Shown one piece after another: positions 10,517 through 24,158 of a DNA stretch of 64,000 bases. Within the stretch, counting starts at the first letter, position 1; each line of letters begins with the position of its first letter. The DNA is from Malacoraja senta (taxonomy: Eukaryota): assembly GCA_038087875.1 (NCBI GenBank), contig CM075991.1:11038001-11102000 (forward strand), written 5' to 3'. The position numbers and the translations under genes were made by a program. The notes beneath the pieces were generated by a model, which saw nothing but the letters and a program-made list of their open reading frames with translations, had not been told where the DNA came from and ran no database searches.

Positions 10517-13253
10517 TCAAGTCAAGTCAAGTGAGTTTATTGTCATGTGTCCCTGGTAGGACAATGAAATTCTTGCTTTGCTTGAGCACAACAGAACATA
10601 GTAGGCATTTACTACAAGGCATTCTATAAATATATACACAATGGTCAATATACTGATAAGTGCAAATAACAGTATTGACTAGTAAAGTTCAGTGTTATGT
10701 CCGAGCCAGGTTTAATAGCCTAATGGCTGTGGGGAAGTAGCTGTTCCTGAACCTGTTCGTTGCAGTCTTCAGGCTCCTGTACCTTCTACCTGAAGGTAGT
10801 AGGGAGATGAGTGTGTGGCCAGGATGGTGTGGGTCCTTGATGATGCTGCCAGCCTTTTTGAGGCAGCGACTGTGGTAGATCCCCTCGATGGAAGGGAGGT
10901 CAGAGCCGATGATGGACTGGGCAGTGTTTACTACATTTTTGTAGTCTTTTCCTCTCCAGGGCACTCAAGTTGCCGAACCAAGCCACGATGCAACTGGTCA
11001 GCATGCTCTCTACTGTGCACCTGTAGAGGTTAGAGAGAGCCCTCCTTGACAAACCGACTCTCCGTAATCTTCTCAGGAAGTAGAGGCGCTGATGTGCTTT
11101 CTTAATAATGGCATCATTGTTCTCGGACCAGGAAAGATCTTCAGAGATGTGCACGCCCAGGAATTTGAAGCTCTTGACCCTTTCAACCATCGACCCGTTG
11201 ATATAAACGGGACTGTGGGTCCCCATCCTACTCCTTCCAAAGTTCACAATCAGTTCCTTGGTTTTGCTGGTTGAGGGCCAGGTTGTTGTGCTGGCACCAT
11301 ATGGACAGTTGCTCGATCTCTCTTCTATACTCTGACTCATCCCCATCAGTGATACGTCCCACAACAGTGGTGTCATCAGCGAACTTGATGATGGAGTTCG
11401 CACTATGTCCGGCTACGCAGTCATGAGTATAGAGTGAGTACAGCAGGGGACTGAGCACGCAGCCTTGAGGTGCTCCCGTGCTAATTGTTATCGAGTCTGA
11501 CACATTTCCACCAATACGAACAGACTGTGGTCTGAGAGTGAGGAAGTCGAGGATCCAATTGCAGAGGGATGCGCAGAGACCCAGTTCTGCGAGTTTGGTA
11601 ACCAGCTTGGAGGGGATGATTGTGTTAAATGCCGAGCTGTAATCGATGAATAACAGCCTGACATATGAGTTTTTGTTGTCCAAGTGGTCCAGAGCGGAGT
11701 GGAGGGCCAGCGAGATCGCATCCACCATTGATCTGTTGTGGCGGTAAGCGAACTGCAGTGGGTCCAGGTTTTTGTCGAGGTAGGAGTTGATCTGCATCAT
11801 GATCAACCTCTCAAAGCACTTCATCACCACAGGCGATAGTGCCACAGGTCGATAGTCATTGAGGCACGTTACCTTACTCTTCTTGGGCACTGGTATAATT
11901 GATGCCCTTTTGAAGCAGGTGGGGACCTCAGACCTCAGAAGTGAGAGGTTGAAAATGTCTGTAAAAACTCCAGCCAGTTGGTCCGCACAGGTTTTTAGAA
12001 CGCGACCAGGTATACCATCAGGTCCAGGCGCTTTTCGAGGGTTCACCCCTCTGAAGGATTTCCTGACGTCGGCCTCTGTGACTGAGACTGAAATACCATC
12101 ACAGCGAATGGGGGCTCAGCAAGGCACATCGGTGTTCTCCCTATCAAAGCGTGCGTAAAACGCATTGAGCTCATCAGGGAGTGATGTTTCGCCGACATTC
12201 GAGCTGCCTCCTGATTTCGCCTTGTAAGAGGTGATTGCATTCAGGCCCTGCCACAGCCGCCGAACATCAGTCTCTTCCTCCAGTTTGGAGCAGAAGTCCC
12301 TTTTGGCCTTTTTGATGGCCTTACCAAGGTCGTATCTGGACTCCTTGTAGGCCACTGTATCATCAGACATGAATGCCCGGTGTCTGGACTTCAGAAGAGT
12401 GCGGATCTCAAAGTTCATCCAAGGTTTCTGATTGGGAAACGCTCGGAAGGTTTTGGTGGGGATGCAGTCCTCCACACACTTCTTAATGAAATCTGTAACA
12501 ACTGTGGCGTATTCGTTCAGGTCCATTGCCGAGTCCTTGAACATTGCCCAGTCTACAGACTCCAAACAGTCCTGGAGTTGTTCCTCTGCCCACCCCCCCC
12601 CCCCCCCCCTACCAGCTCTGTACTGTCCTCACCTCTGGGGGTGCGCTCTTTAATTGCTGCCTGTAGGCAGGAAGAAGCAGCACCACGGTATGGTCGGATT
12701 TACCGAAGTGAGGGCGAGGGATAGAACGATAGGCATTCTTGATGGTGGTGTAGCAGTGGTCGAGGGTGTTTGATCCTCTGGTGCAGCAGGAGACATGTTG
12801 GTGGAAGTTAGGGAGTGATTTCTTTAGGTTTGCCTTATTGAAGTCCCCGGCGATGGTGGTAAACGCCTCGGGGTAAGACGTCTGGTGTTTGTTGACCACG
12901 GCGTGCAGCTCCCCCAGTGCCAGACGGACGTCTGCCTGGGGTGGGATGTAGACCGCGATCAGGATGATGGAGGTGAATTCCCTCGGAAGGTAGAAGGGAC
13001 GACACTTCACCGCCAGATGTTCGAGGTGTGGAGAGCAGGAGTTGGACAGGACTGCCACATCTGAGCACCACGCAGAGTTGACCATGAGGCAGACGCCCCC
13101 TCCTCTCCCTTTCCCTTTCCCAGATGCCAGTGTACGGTCCATACGATGGATGGGGAAACCTTCAGGCTGGACCGCTGAATCTGGGGAGCTGGGGGTGAGC
13201 CATGTCTCTGTGAAACAGAACACAGAGCATTCCCTCAGCTCCCTTTCATAAAG
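10517..13253 (-). mobile_element. 5'-truncated, frameshifted LINE (Rex1/Babar-like) with APE endonuclease and reverse transcriptase
   Basis: ORF pieces 12609-13223 (CFTETWL, AGDFN, TLDHCY, KSDH), 12116-12565, 11228-12046 ([33 protein letters not shown]), 10900-11403 and 10695-10964. (ttgac)n 3' tail; 6-bp TSD cagtag (10511-10516, 13254-13259); empty site near 46675. Confidence 0.88.
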
Positions 13254-14034
13254 CAGTAGGGATACACAGACGAATATTCATAGGAGCAGGCCATTGAGCT
13301 CATGATGTCTGTATCTACAATGATGCCAACCAATACCCTGTATTTACATGTGCCTGTTTTAATGTCAACTAAATGTCGGTAATATCTGCTTCTACCACCT
13401 TCCCTGGCGACACATTCCAGGCATCTATCACTCTCTGTATAAAGAACCGACCAGACAAATCAATAAATATTCCCATCAAAGAAGACTCCTCTTCCATCAC
13501 AATGAGGAATGTGGAGGAGTCACTGTGGTGGATGTTCATGTTAAAATGTATTTTGTGTGTTCTGTTGCTTTTTATTAGTATGACAGTATGGCAAATCCTC
13601 GTATGTTGCAAAACATCCATGACTAATAAAGTATGATTATGATCATGATTATAATCTCTCACACTAAGTGTAGGCTCTCTGGTATTTGACATTTGCATCC
13701 TGAGAGAAAAAAAAGACTCTGACTATCCACCCTATCTATGCCTCTCACCAGCAACATACTTTTTTTTAAGAGCGAAGTTGATGTCAGGTTTAGAACAGGA
13801 AGGTCTCTGATAGGATAGAGGGCTGGAGTCATAGAATCAAAAAAAGGTTAAAGCAGAATACCGTTGGTAATGGGAAATGTTAAGAGATGTTAGGTTTAGA
13901 GAAGGACTAAATAAGTTTATTCTTCCCGAAAGGAAATAGGAGCAATAGTTAAAATGTAAAGTTTCAATGTTCAATGTTTCAATGTTTTGACTGAAATCCT
14001 TAGCTTAGCTTAGAATAGAGATATACCGTGGAAA

Positions 14035-14204
14035 CATATGATAGTCCCGCCATCCCGGGAATTAACCTTGTGAAACTACACTGCACTCCCTCAATAGCAA
14101 GAATGTCCTTCTTCAAATTTGGAGACTAAAACTGCACACAATACTCCAGGTGTGGTCATACTAGGGCCCTGTACAACTGCAGAAGGACCTCTTTGCTCCT
14201 ATAC
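14035..14204 (-). mobile_element. CR1 LINE RT fragment (also at about 29774-29944 and 51975-52146)
   Basis: Minus strand matches the same [26 protein letters not shown] peptide seen in the longer CR1 pieces. Confidence 0.65.
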
Positions 14205-14942
14205 TTATGATTCTATCCTTATGACTCTCTATTGAAGTGGCCAATGGTCATGCAGTAAATAAGGCAATTGTGAATAAAAGTGAAGTTGTCAACATTCGTC
14301 CGACAAGTGATCAACGTCGCTCCGTGTATTACCTTCTGATATTAATAAACTTTGAGCATTTGTGTTCATTCTACAAGCTTGGATTCTGGATTGTCTTCAA
14401 AATGGTCAGCGCCGTTCTTCAGGTAACGTTTTGTCTTTTTTAGGAGCAGTCTACTCCGTCATTCAATCATGGCTGATGTATCTCTCCCCCCTAACCCCAT
14501 TCTCCTTCCATCTCCCCATAACCCCTGACTCCCGTACTAATCAAGAATCTATCTATCTCTGCCTTAAAAATATCCACTGACTTGGCCTCCTCAGCCTTCT
14601 GTGGCAAAGAATTTCACTGGTTCTGGTAGCTCTGTGAATATGATTACAGATACGATTGGTCTGCAAATCAGAGTAAAACCCCCCAGACCTCTTAATGATG
14701 GCAGCCTTGTGGGGATTTATTTGGAAAATTTGTGTTTTCTGAAAAAAATACAAAACAACTTAAAAATAGCCTGTAAAGCAGCTTCTGCTGTTGGTTCATT
14801 AGGTTATCTAATTAAATAGAACAGAGTGCACTCCAACTAAGTGTCCCAGCAGACCATCCATTTCCATATAAGGGAGGTCTCGTGTAACCAAACTGACACC
14901 TTGCAGACATCGCCTCTTGGGCAACTGTCCTTGACGCATAAC

Positions 14943-16413
14943 ATGGGCTATCCGGTCATCTTTGTGCTTGAAAGTATCTACTATCCTATTCTTGCAGCAG
15001 TCGGCATCACAGGTAAGGAATGGAAGCAGTCACTGTGCATGTTTTTTTGTGAATATTCCTAAGTTCATGAATTCATTCGGTCTAGGAGCAGAATTAGGCA
15101 ATTCGACCCATCAAGCCTACTCTGCCATTCTATCGTGCTATATCTATCATTCTCTCTCAGCCCCATTCTTCTGTCTTCGCCAAATAACCCCCGACACCTA
15201 TACTAATCAAGAATCGGTCAATCTCCATCTTAAAAATATCCATTGGCTTGGCCCTCACAGCCGTCTGTGGCAATGAATTCCACAGATTCACCACCCTTGT
15301 GTGAATGTGTACATGTTTCCCTTTCTTCTCCTGTACTGCAACATCCCAACATGTATTCACATAGGGTGGAAGCAGAGAGTATGTGTGTGTGTCAGAGATG
15401 TTTTGCAAGCGCGATATATTTCCATTATCTGCAATGTGGTCACCACTGGACTCGACACAGTCACTGATTTACTTCCAGAGGAAGGTGCTAATTTCCTTTC
15501 CCTTTCTGTTGCAGTTAACTTGGTGGCATTCGTCATCCTGTCCCGGGGAAAATGCGGACTCTCCAAATGTATTACACGCTATCTGGTTTCCATGGCTGTG
15601 GCCGATGTAATGGTGGTGATCGTCGAAGTCATACTGAAGCGGATTAACAACATTTATTTGCCGATAAATATTTTGTTCATCACTCCAGTCTGTGCCATGA
15701 AACTTGTCTTAAAACAGGCAGCCCTGGATTGCTCTGTCTGGTTCACTGTCGCTTTTACCTTTGATCGGCTTGTGGCCATTTCCTTTCCAAACCTCAGACC
15801 AAGGTATTGTACCACAAGGACAGCAAGTGTGGTTATAGCAAGCGCGACGGCACTGGCCTGTTTGAGCAGCATCCCTTATTATTTTACGCATGAACCCGGA
15901 TATATAATTAACAACATCCCGTATTTGTGCGTTGCAACCGCTGCCTACAATACCTCGCCTGTCTGGGTGGGCATTGAGTGGTTCGACAGTATCTTAAACC
16001 CTTTATTACCAATCATACTCATCCTTCTGTTCAACGCCCTGACCGTCAAACATATCATAAGGTCTAATAAAATCCGTAGGGCGCTCATGAGTAACGTTGA
16101 TGAAGGCAATGATTCTGAGAGCGAGAACCGCAAGAAGTCCATGATTTTGCTCTTTACTCTGTCTGCCAATTTCATCCTCCTCTGGACACCGTATTTTATA
16201 CATTCCTTAAACTGGCAAATGATAAACTACAATTACACAGACAAGTATTACACCAACCCGATATTCATCAACCAGCAAACAGGGTTCATGTTGCAACTAC
16301 TGAGCTCCTGCACCAACACTTGTATCTATGGACTGACACAGAGGAAGTTCAGACAGGAGCTGAAAAATGGGGTGAAACATCTGGTTACACTGAATGGGAA
16401 ACTCTGCAAATAG
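14943..16413 (+). CDS. GPR139-like GPCR copy 3 (type C, 502-bp intron); join(14943..15012,15515..16413), 322 aa
   Basis: Intact exons, splice sites and stop codon. Confidence 0.88.
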
Positions 16414-16991
16414 GTTGGCAATCTGCTATATCTGTAGGTTTGCCGTCATCGAACTCTTCTGTACCTGTGGGATAATGGCTTGAAACAAGCTTGAGAAGGG
16501 ATTAAATACATAGACAAACAGGAACAAAAATAGAATTTCTTGTCTCACTTCCTAGCCCTAATTTAATTGATACATTAACCATGTTGGTTACATTTTTAAA
16601 AAAAACAGTAAATGAACAAATTCAATGAGGGTGCTGTAAAGGGGAGGGATTATAAAATAACATACTTTGGATATTTGTATGATTTTGGAGTATTTAGCAA
16701 TGAATACTGACAACATTATTTCCCCCCGTCATTATTGGGGATAGGAGGGTGGGAGATTGCAACCTTTACATAGTCCGCCCTGTTTCGACCAATGCAATCA
16801 ACCCGGCGTGCACAATCAAATAAGAACAAATAGAACAAGTTGTCCCTACAACTTTAGGCTGTGCAAGCCATACGCAAGAAGAAGATTGGTGATAGGCTAA
16901 TTTTACTAGTCTGAGATTAGATTATGCTGCAGTTGATAGGAAATAAGTATTTAAATGTAAAATGATGAAGGTTTCATTCTAATCATTTATG

Positions 16992-17290
16992 TGATCATTG
17001 ATCATCCACAATCAGTACCCCCGTTCCTGCCTTCTCCCCATATCCCCTGACTCCGCTATCTTTAAGAGCCCTATCTAACTCTCTCTTGAAAGTGTCCTGA
17101 GAACCGGCCTCCACCGCCCTTTGAGGCAGAGAATTCCACAGACTCACAACCATCTTTGAGAACAAGTATTTCCTCATCTAAGTTCTAAATGTCTTACCCC
17201 TTATTCTTAAACTGTGGTCCCTGGATTCTGGACTCCCCCAACATCGGGAATATGTTCCCGCCTCTAGCGTGTCCAAGCCCTTAATAATCA
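16992..17290 (-). mobile_element. CR1 LINE 3' fragment (also at about 58700-58990)
   Basis: MRKYLFSKMVVSLWNSLPQRAVEAGSQDTFKRELDRAL on the minus strand. Confidence 0.7.
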
Positions 17291-18069
17291 CACATCATCT
17301 CCACTATGTTTTGACAAAAAGTTTCGAACTGAAATATTTCTCTCCCCGCAGATGCCGCCCGAGCCTTTACCTGTTAATATCGGCATGTTCTGTCTATATT
17401 TCAGATGACCTATACTTGATAATTTGTAGGATCAGTATTAGGCTGCTCGGCCCATCAAGTCTATTCCGCCATTCAATTATGACAGATCTATCTTTCTCTC
17501 CCTCAACCCCTCAAAGGGAGAAAAAATGGAGAGAGGGGAAGAGAGGTGGTGAAAGAGATGGGAGAGAGATGGAAGAGAGGAGGGAAGAAGAGAGAGAGGG
17601 AAGGAGGTACAGAGAAAGGAGACAGGGAACGAGGGCGAGGGGCAAGACTGAGAAGAGAAACACGTGTGGAGAGACAGGGAGGAAGAGAGAGACAGAGAGA
17701 GGGAGAGGGGGGGAGAGAGGAATAGAGAAAGAACAATACACAGAAAGAGGTAGTGAAAGAAAGAGATGGAGATATAGAGTGACAGGGGAGAACAGAGTGA
17801 AGCTTCAGATGAAATGTCCACAACAGTGAATGAAAAGACGATGTTCAAGAAATCTCATAATTTACTGAAGGGACTCAGGAAGCCAAACCACACTGTGGAA
17901 GACGTTAAAGGAGATGCGGTGATACAGGGGAGTGCAAACTTACCGGGGGCTCTTCTTTAATTTAGTAGGGATACACAGACCAATATTCATAGGAGCAGGC
18001 CATTGAGCTCAAGATATCTGTATCTACAATGATGCCAACCAATACCGTGTATATACATGTGCCTGTACA

Positions 18070-18568
18070 GGTTCACTATCGCTTTTACCTTTGATCGTGT
18101 TGTGGCCATTTCTCTACAAACTTCAGACCAAGGTATTGTACCACAAGGACAGCAAGTGTGGTTATAGCAAGTGCTACGGCACTGGCCTGTTTGAGGACCG
18201 TGAAACATATCATAAGGTCCATTAAAATCCGTAGGGCGCTCATGAGTAACGTTGATGAAGGCAATGATTCCGAGAGCGAGAACCGTAAGAAGTCCATGAT
18301 TTTGCTCTTTACTCTGTCTGCCAATTTCATCCTCCTCTGGGCACCATATTTGATACATTCCATAAACTGGCAAGTGACAAACTACAATTACACAGACAAG
18401 TATTACACCAACCCGATATTCATCAACCAGCAAACAGGGTTCATGTTGCAACTACTGAGCTCCTGCACCAACACTTGTATCTATGGACTAACACAGAGGA
18501 TGTTCTGACAGGAGCTGAAAAATGGGGTGAAATATCTGGTTACCTTGAATGGGAAACTCTGCAAATAG
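18070..18568 (+). pseudogene. Truncated receptor pseudogene fragment psi-A
   Basis: No exon 1 or TM1-2; starts in TM3. 1-nt deletion after DR.VAI, 174-nt deletion (ACLR|TVKH), AGA>TGA at 18506-18508. Confidence 0.9.
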
Positions 18569-18879
18569 GTTTGCAATCTGTTAGACTGTAGGTTTGCCGT
18601 CATCGAACTCTTCTGTAGGTGTGGGATAATGGCTTGAAACAAGCTTGAGAAGGGATAGACAAACTGGAACAAAATGATACATAGAAAAACTGGAACAAAA
18701 ATGGAATTTCTTGTCTCAGTTGCTACCCCTAATTTAAATAATATATTAAACATGTTGGTAAAAAAAAATTTTAAGTCAGTGAATGAACAAATTGAATGAA
18801 GGTGCGGTAAAGGGGAAGGAATATAAAATAACATTTTTTTTGTATGTTTTTGGAGTATTTAGCAATGAATACTGACAAC

Positions 18880-19353
18880 ATCTAACTCTCTCTTGAAAGT
18901 ATCCTGATGAAGCGCCCTCCACTGCCCTCCACCGCCCTCTGAGGCAGAGAATTCCACAGACTCACAACTCTCTGTGAGAAAAAGTATTTCTCATCTCCGT
19001 TCTAAATGTCTTACCCCTTATTCTTAAACTGTGGTCCCTGGATTCTGGACTCCCCCAACATGGGGAATAAGTTCCCTGCCTCTAGCGTGTCCAAGCCCTT
19101 AATAATCTCATATGTTTCAATAAGTCCCCTCTCATCATTCTAAATTCCAGAGTATACACGCCCAGCCGCTCCATTCTCTCAGATTATGACAGTTCCGCCA
19201 TCCCGCGAATTAACCTCGTCAACCTACGCTGCACTCCCTCAATAGCAAGAATGTCCTTCCTCAAATTTGGAGACCAAAACTGCACACAATACTCCAGGTG
19301 TGGTCTTACAAGGGCCCTGTACAACTGCAGAAGGACCTCTTTGCTCCTATACT
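18880..19353 (-). mobile_element. CR1 LINE fragment (paralogous copies at about 24978-25449, 42660-43132 and 60581-61054)
   Basis: [49 protein letters not shown], a typical CR1 ORF2 C-terminal region. Confidence 0.75.
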
Positions 19354-20107
19354 TAAGACTTCTCTTATGACTCTCTATTGAGTCCACCAATGCGGCAAAA
19401 AGACAATTGTGAATAAAAGTGAAGTTGTCAACATTCGTCCAACAAGAGATCAACGTCGCTCTGTGTGTTACCTTCTGATATGAATAAACTTTGAGCATTT
19501 GTGTGCATTCTACAATCTTAGTTTCTGGATTGTCTTCAAAACGGTCAGCGCCGTCCTTCAGATAACTGCTGTCTCTTTAAGGAGCAGACTTGGGCCATTC
19601 GACTCTTCAAGTCTACTCCGCCATTCAATCATGGCTGATCTATCGCTCCCCCCTAACCCCATTCTCCTGCCCTCTCCCCATAACCTCTGACGCCCGTACT
19701 CATCAAGAATCTATCTATCTCTGACTTAAAAATATCCACTGACTTGGCCTCCTCAGCCTTCTGTGGCAAATAATTCCACTGATACTGGTAGCTCTGCGAA
19801 TATGATTACAGAGACGATTTGTCTGCAAATCAGATTAAAAATCCCCATACCTCTTAATGTGGCAGCCTTGTGGGGATTTATTTGGAAAATTTGTGTTTTC
19901 TGAAAAAAATACAAAACAACTTTAAAATAGCCTGTAAACATCTTCTGCGGTTGGTTCATTAACTCAGGTTATTTAATTAAATATAACAGAGTGCACTCCA
20001 ACTAAGTGTCCCAGCGGACCATACCTTTACATATAAGGGAGGTCTCGTGTAACCAAACTGACACCTTGCAGACATCGCCTAATGGGCAACTGTCCTTGAC
20101 GCATAAC

Positions 20108-22005
20108 ATGGGCTATTCGGTCATCTTTGTGTTTGAAAGTATCTACTATCCTATTCTTGCAGCAGTCGGCATCACAGGTAAGGAATGGAACCAGTCACTG
20201 TGCATGATATTGTGAATGTTCCTGAGTTCATTTGGTCTAGGAGCAGAATTAAGCAATTCGACCCATCAAGTCTACTCTGCCATTCAATCATGGTTGATCT
20301 ATCATTCTCCCTCAGTCCCATTCTTCTGCCTTCGCCCCATAACCCCTGACACCTTTACTAATCCAGAATCGGTGAATCTCCATTTTAAAAATATCCATTG
20401 ACTTCGCCCTCACAGCCGTCTGTGGCAATGAATTCCGCAGATTCACCACCCCTGTGTGAATGTTGTGCACATGTTTCCCTTTCTTCTCCTGTACTGCACA
20501 ACCCAACATTTATTGTCATAGGGTGGAAGCAGAGAGTATGTGTGTGTCAGAGATGTTTTACATACGCGATATATTTCCATTATCTGCAATCAGAGGCCAC
20601 CACTGTAATCGCCCCCGCACTTCACCCCCCCCCCCTCCCCCTTCTTTGCAGGCACCATACAAAGGGGCGACCGTCCCCGACTGCCTCGCACGTACTTCCA
20701 TCCCCACCAGCAACCATTCTGCTTTGGCTAACATTCTCTTATAAAGCACACCATCCCCCTATGGTTTGACAAAAAGTTTCGAACTGAAATATTTCTCTCT
20801 CCGCAGATGCCGCCCGAGCCTTTACCTGTTAAAATCGGAATGTTCTGTCTATATTTCAGATGACCTATACTTCATAATTTTTAGGAGCAGTATTAGGCTG
20901 CTCGGCCCATCAAGTCTATTCCGCCATTCAATTATGACAGATCTATCTTTCTCTCCCTCAACCCCATTCACCTGCCTTCTCCCCATTACCCCTAACACCC
21001 GTACTAAAGATAGTTTGTTTTATACTTTACAGGAAGTTAGTAATCTGTTTCTAACCCCGGCACTGATTTGTTTCCAGAGAGAGGTGATAATTTCCTTTCC
21101 CTTTCTGTTGCAGTTAACTTGGTGGCGATCGTCACCGGGGAAAATGCGGACTCTCCAAATGTATTACTCGCTATCTGGTTGCCATGGCTGTGGCCGATGT
21201 AATGGTGGTGATCGTCGAAGTCGTACTGAAACGGATTAACAACATTTATTTGGCGGTAAATATTTTGTTCATCACTCCAGTCTGTGCCATGAAACTAGTT
21301 TTAAAACACGTAGCCCTGGATTGCTCTGTCTGGTTCACTGTCGCTTTTACCTTTGATCGTTTTGTGGCCATTTCCTCTCCAAACCTCAGACCAAGGTATT
21401 GTACCACAAGGACAGCAAGTGTGGTTATAGCAAGCGCGACGGCAGTGGCCTGTTTGAGGGACATCCCTCATTATTTTATGTATGAACCCAGATATATTAT
21501 TAACAACATCCCGTTTTTCTGCGTTGAAACCGCTGCCTACTATACTTCGCCTCTGTGGGCGGCTTACGAGTGGTTCGACAGTATCTTAACCCCTTTGGTA
21601 CCAATCTTCCTCATCCTTCTATTCAACGCCCTTACCGTGAAACATATCATAAAGTCCAATAAAATCCGTAGGGCGCTCATGAATAAAGTGGATGAACGCA
21701 ATGATTCTGAGAGCGAGAACCGTAAGAAGTCCATGATTTTGCTTTTTACTCTGTCTGCTAATTTCATCCTCCTCTGGGTAACATATGTTGTACATTCCTT
21801 AAACTGGCGGGTAAAAAACTATAACTACACAGACAGATATTACACCAACCCGATATACATCAACCAGCAAACAGGTTACATGTTGCAACTACTGAGCTCC
21901 TGCACCAACACGTGTATCTATGGACTGACGCAGAGGATGTTCAGACAGGAGCTGAAAAATGGAGTGAAATATCTGGTTACACTGAATGGGAAACTCTGTA
22001 AATAG
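20108..22005 (+). pseudogene. GPR139-like GPCR copy 4 (type B), frameshifted; exons 20108..20177 and 21114..22005
   Basis: Exon 2 is 892 nt rather than 899: a 7-nt deletion (tcctgtc) at about 21134 shifts the frame to an early TAA. The remainder is nearly identical to copies 8 and 12. Confidence 0.8.
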
Positions 22006-23442
22006 GAAGCTACGGACATAAAGCCGTCCCGGTGTTGTAGTGTCTCTTCCTGCTAATCGGATTCTATTCTTCAGAACTGGAAGATGGGAGATGAAACGGA
22101 TCTAATAGTGGATTAACCATACACATTGGTAGAAGAAACCAATGAATTGGTACAGCCCCTCGCATTAGATTTGATATTAAAGTAACTCCTCTTATTTGAC
22201 TAAATCAGAAGCAGAGAATAGAGAATGAATAAATAGGCAGTTTTCTAGTAAACAGAAGGAACTCACATCAATCATTTGCAAGAATACCTGACTGATTTGG
22301 AGTAATTATGAACACTGAGTTTAGAAAATGTGTCATGGTTTTAAACTTGACCATTTCCATTGTAATTCATTTGAGATAAGATTATGCAGAAGTGGGCTGT
22401 AAATAGTCAATTGCAAGATAAGCTATGAGGGTTTTTCAAATAGTGAGGATAGTGAAGTTCATTCAAAGCAGAGTTGGAGTCGTGGAAAGCAGCCACATCT
22501 AGATCTCCATGGATGCAAAGAAATGGATCAAAATTATGGGGATTACTTCACACACTGAGTACCTCACATAGGAGAAGCTGGAGATGGATAGAATGTGCAG
22601 AAGTGAAGGTAGAAAGGGAATTCAGAGAGCGGACAGGGTACATTGTTGTGGCTTTCATTGTAAATCTGTCTCACGTACAAGGTTTTGTTCCACTGGTGGC
22701 AGGGGGAGATAAGAAAGGATAGGATGGTTCCTATCGGAAACCGAAGACCACTCAGGATTGGTGGAATGCGTATCAATGTGCATTCTGGATGAATCTTCAT
22801 TGGAGGTAGTCAATGGAAAATGAATAATTTGGGGGGCACATGAATAGAGGGGGCACATTAATGGTCAAGCATTTTTAAAAGTGCAAAGGTTACCCGGTCA
22901 ATTTTAATTCATTTTAAGTTCATAAGGAAGCCTGGGATTATATGTCCCAAATCCTAAATATAATTTTTGAATGTTATCTAATCCAAAACTGAGTGCTGAA
23001 AGTCTGCTGACGTTGCACTTGTACTTGGGATTGGACAATGGTAGACTGAATGTTTACAGTCACGAATATCACACGTGGACATATTACAACCTTGATTCAC
23101 CCTCGTTGTAATAGTTAGAGAGCCACAGTTTACAAAGCGATAAAAGTATATTAAGGGCACAAAGGAAAGAGATGTGGAGGTGGAGGGCGAGAGGGTGGCA
23201 GAGAGGGATTACGAAGGGTGAGAAGGGTCAGTGGGAAAGAGATACAGATAGAAATGGAAAGAAGAGAGACAGGTGGGGGAGGAGGAGGGGGTGGAGGAGA
23301 AGGGGACATAGGGAAGAGAGAGAAAGAGAAAGAGATAGGGAGGGGGCGAGGGAGAGAGGGATAAAGGAGGAAAAAGAGAGAGAAAGTGATAGAATAGAGG
23401 GGTGTGACAAAGGGGAGACAGATGGATACATAGAGAGAGTGA

Positions 23443-23571
23443 ATAGACAATAGACGATAGGCAATAGGTGCAGGAGTAGGCCATTCGGCCGTTCGAGCCA
23501 CACCGCCATTCAATGTGATCATGGCTGATCATCCCCAATCAGTACCCCATTCCCGCCTTCTCCCCATATCC
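23443..23571 (-). mobile_element. CR1 LINE extreme 3' end inside a GA tract (also at about 41135-41263)
   Basis: Reverse complement of the 3' UTR seen at 1315-1435, with a (ctattgt)-like tail. Confidence 0.65.
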
Positions 23572-24158
23572 TCCAAAAAGGGGAGAGTGAGGCAGAAAGA
23601 GAAAGGGAGAAAAATTGGAGAGAGGGGAAGAGAGGTGGTGAAAGAGATGGGAGAGAGATGGAAGAGAGGAGGGAAGAAGAGAGAGAGGGAAGGAGGTAGA
23701 GAGAAAGGAGACAGGGAACGAGGGCGCGGGGCAAGACTGAGAAGAGATACACGTGTGGAGAGACAGGGAGGAAGAGAGAGACAGAGAGAGGGAGATGGGG
23801 GGAGAGAGGAATAGAGAAAGAACAATACACAGAAAGAGGTAGTGAAAGAAAGAGATGGAGATATAGAGTGACAGGGGAGAACAGAGTGAAGCTTCAGTTG
23901 AAATGTCCACAAGAGTGAATGAAAAGACGATGTTCAAGCAATCTCATAATTTACTGAAGGGACTCAGGAAGCCAAACCACACTGTGGAAGACGTTAAAGG
24001 AGATGCGGTGATACAGGGGAGTGCAAACTTACCGGGGGCTCTTCTTTAATTTAGTAGGGATACACAGACCAATATTCATAGGAGCAGGCCATTGAGCTCA
24101 AGATATCTGTATCTACAACGATGCCAACCAATACCGTGTATATACATGTGCCTGTACA

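Noticed and set aside
15301..15514. 370-aa single-exon ORFs (15301, 31040, 53247) and other N-terminal extensions (1634, 38755, 57177) in the ORF track
   Set aside because: The extensions are intronic read-through upstream of a conserved ttgcag acceptor. They differ between types and lack the first half of TM1, which exon 1 supplies.
21184..22005. 273-aa ORF as a rescued product of copy 4
   Set aside because: It starts within TM2 and lacks TM1. The upstream AG that would restore frame (21078-21079) leads at once to TGA.
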